From positions 1 to 36,473 of IMG/VR virus record IMGVR_UViG_3300033067_001710: DNA of 36,473 nucleotides; one strand, 5' to 3'. The translations under genes and the position numbers were made by a program. Below the pieces are notes generated by a model, which made no database searches, was not told the DNA's origin, and was given only the letters and a program-made list of their open reading frames with translations. Shown here one piece after another: positions 34,834-36,473 of the stretch. Numbering within the stretch: the stretch's first letter is position 1; every line of letters begins with the position of its first letter. The stretch is from a virus. Lineage: Duplodnaviria > Caudoviricetes.

Positions 34834-35138
34834 GCGAGTGCAGTCTCATCCCCCCGGGCAACTGCAAGAATCGCCGTGCCGAGGTCGTCTGACAGGAGTG
34901 GAAACTTGTCAAACAACGACCTCATCTCGTCTGCAGACGGGTGGACAACGCACCTCAAACACAGATCAGCCATCGCAGCAAGCGTGGCCCCTTGTTTCTG
35001 TTTTTGGAGCGCTGCATCGATCTCAACCCGGCGCGGCCGTTTGAAATAGACAGGGCCCTGCAAGGTCTGCTGTACATACACACCTCCGTGCTCGGAGTCG
35101 AGTGCATCTAGTTGCTGATCTGTGATTGCCTCTAACAC
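34824..35138 (-). CDS. Tail assembly chaperone (gpG-like)
   Basis: Between tube and TMP; GAGGTG RBS; ends in AKK at the slippery site. Confidence 0.8.
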   Translation of the reverse strand: MLEAITDQQLDALDSEHGGVYVQQTLQGPVYFKRPRRVEIDAALQKQKQGATLAAMADLCLRCVVHPSADEMRSLFDKFPLLSDDLGTAILAVARGDETALAKK

Positions 35139-35146
35139 GCGTCACC

Positions 35147-35590
35147 TCAAAACATGTTGGACAATGGGTCGAGCCCGTTGAATGCGATCCGCCATGGGTC
35201 AAGAGTCCACTCCTCAACCAACCCGTCGGTGCCTTCGGAGTTAGACACAGACTCATCGGTGATCCGGCAACCCAGCACCTTGTCTGTGATGATTGCTTGC
35301 CCCGACGGCGCGTAGCTGACCACGATGTCAAACTGTTTGGTCATGTAGCCAGACCCAAGCGCTTGGCGGATCATGTCCGCAGTGTCTTTGGCAAGAGTCA
35401 TCGAGGCTTCCGGCTCATATTTCCCCGTGGTTCGCCCTTGGGCTTGAGGATGGGTGCCATACAACTTGCCAGGTGTCAACGCGTGCTTGTACGTGATGGC
35501 GGTAACGCGTCTGTACACCTCGCCATTAATGTTGATCTCGATGGACGCGTAGTCGTATTCGATCCCGTTTATCAGTGGTGTGTCAGACAT
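35147..35590 (-). CDS. Tail tube protein
   Basis: PLINGIEYDYASI, GRTTGKYE, FDIVVSY, TDKVLGCRI; directly after the sheath gene. Confidence 0.85.
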   Translation of the reverse strand: MSDTPLINGIEYDYASIEININGEVYRRVTAITYKHALTPGKLYGTHPQAQGRTTGKYEPEASMTLAKDTADMIRQALGSGYMTKQFDIVVSYAPSGQAIITDKVLGCRITDESVSNSEGTDGLVEEWTLDPWRIAFNGLDPLSNMF

Positions 35591-35592
35591 GG

Positions 35593-36473
35593 TCAGCTCC
35601 CGAGCACGGGGTTCTTGTACCCGGCGTTCGCGGTCAAGGTTTTGAAGTAACCAACCCCGACAAGGTCAAAATCTACCGTTCCGGACCTCGTTGACAGCAG
35701 GTTCTCATCTCGGCGGATGCGAACATTGACCGACGTTGCGTGCTCTGGTATCAGCGCATTGGAGATTGCAGTTGAGTACCGCTGATCAAGACCGCGAGCA
35801 AACAACTCGTCGATGTACCCGGTAGTTGAGTCTATGCGGATTTTTTTGTTGAGCGTCAGCGCGAGCTGCACATCGAGCACTCGACATGCCTCATCCATCA
35901 CCTGTCGATACTGCACAAGGTCGTAGTCAGAGCCCGCCACCGCTGCCATGCGCGGCTGGTTGACGTACACCCCAGAGATCCCCTCCCAAGTGCGAGACGT
36001 AGCAAACCTCGCGTCATCGAGCCCAGGGCTCGCAGCCTCATCGTGCGAGATCGATATAAACCCTGGGATCGGCCCGGCGTCCTCTATGCTGCCGATGTCT
36101 GTCGAGATCGACGCCTTGGCGAGCATGGCAGAAATCCCCCATGCAATCGGCCGACGAACAATCAATCCCGACGGGAGCGCGACCTCCCCGAACCCGGCAC
36201 AGACCATGACCCGGTTGCTTGTAGTCGATGCGTACGCGGAGATGAGAGCCGATTGCCAAGCAGCCTCATTGTTATCCCATGTAGAAAAACTGTAAGAGTT
36301 GTCAGCGTTGTATGTGCCTGCCGTCCATGTGATTGTCAATCCAGTGTCACCCAACACCTCCGCACTCGCAGTGCTGGTGATGGTCGAGCCGTATGTGTTG
36401 CCCCCGTCAGTCGAGACACGGTAGGTCATATTTGTCAACGTGCCACCCGCAACGATGTCGAGCACAACATCCC
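35593..36473 (-). CDS. Tail sheath protein, C-terminal part (continuation of 817-1)
   Basis: LDDARFATSRTWEGISGVYV, GSDYDLVQYRQVMDEACR; the frame is open up to the window end. Confidence 0.88.
   Translation of the reverse strand, partial: DVVLDIVAGGTLTNMTYRVSTDGGNTYGSTITSTASAEVLGDTGLTITWTAGTYNADNSYSFSTWDNNEAAWQSALISAYASTTSNRVMVCAGFGEVALPSGLIVRRPIAWGISAMLAKASISTDIGSIEDAGPIPGFISISHDEAASPGLDDARFATSRTWEGISGVYVNQPRMAAVAGSDYDLVQYRQVMDEACRVLDVQLALTLNKKIRIDSTTGYIDELFARGLDQRYSTAISNALIPEHATSVNVRIRRDENLLSTRSGTVDFDLVGVGYFKTLTANAGYKNPVLGS

Noticed and set aside
327-36295. Many long plus-strand ORFs antisense to structural genes (e.g. 1704-2369, 9085-9879, 32501-33376)
   Set aside because: Shadow ORFs expected in GC-rich DNA; they lack motifs and lie opposite well-supported genes

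Overview
The window looks like one complete, circularly permuted 36,473-bp tailed (contractile-tail) phage genome. The tail-sheath gene is cut by the window ends and rejoins in frame across 36473/1. The minus strand carries TerS/TerL, a Mu-like head module (DUF935 portal, gpF, gpI protease/scaffold, gpT capsid, gp36), neck, sheath, tube, a frameshifted tail chaperone, tape measure, baseplate and fibres. It also carries holin-like genes, an adenine methyltransferase, a papain-like protease, two candidate cell-wall hydrolases and a replication module (HTH, SF2 helicase, VRR-NUC, primase, VapE-type helicase, probable origin). Short plus-strand accessory operons include an ERF recombinase. I see no integrase, transposase, ParA or ParB. 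The strongest signal is three perfect copies of the chromosomal parS consensus TGTTTCACGTGAAACA (7305, 12018, 32673), all translatable as MFHVKH, which suggests use or titration of host ParB. The second is an N-terminally trimmed IetA-like AAA ATPase followed by a 23-codon stub resembling the start of its S8-protease partner, a candidate captured-antitoxin counter-defence gene. All family assignments come from motif recognition and synteny; no database search was run.
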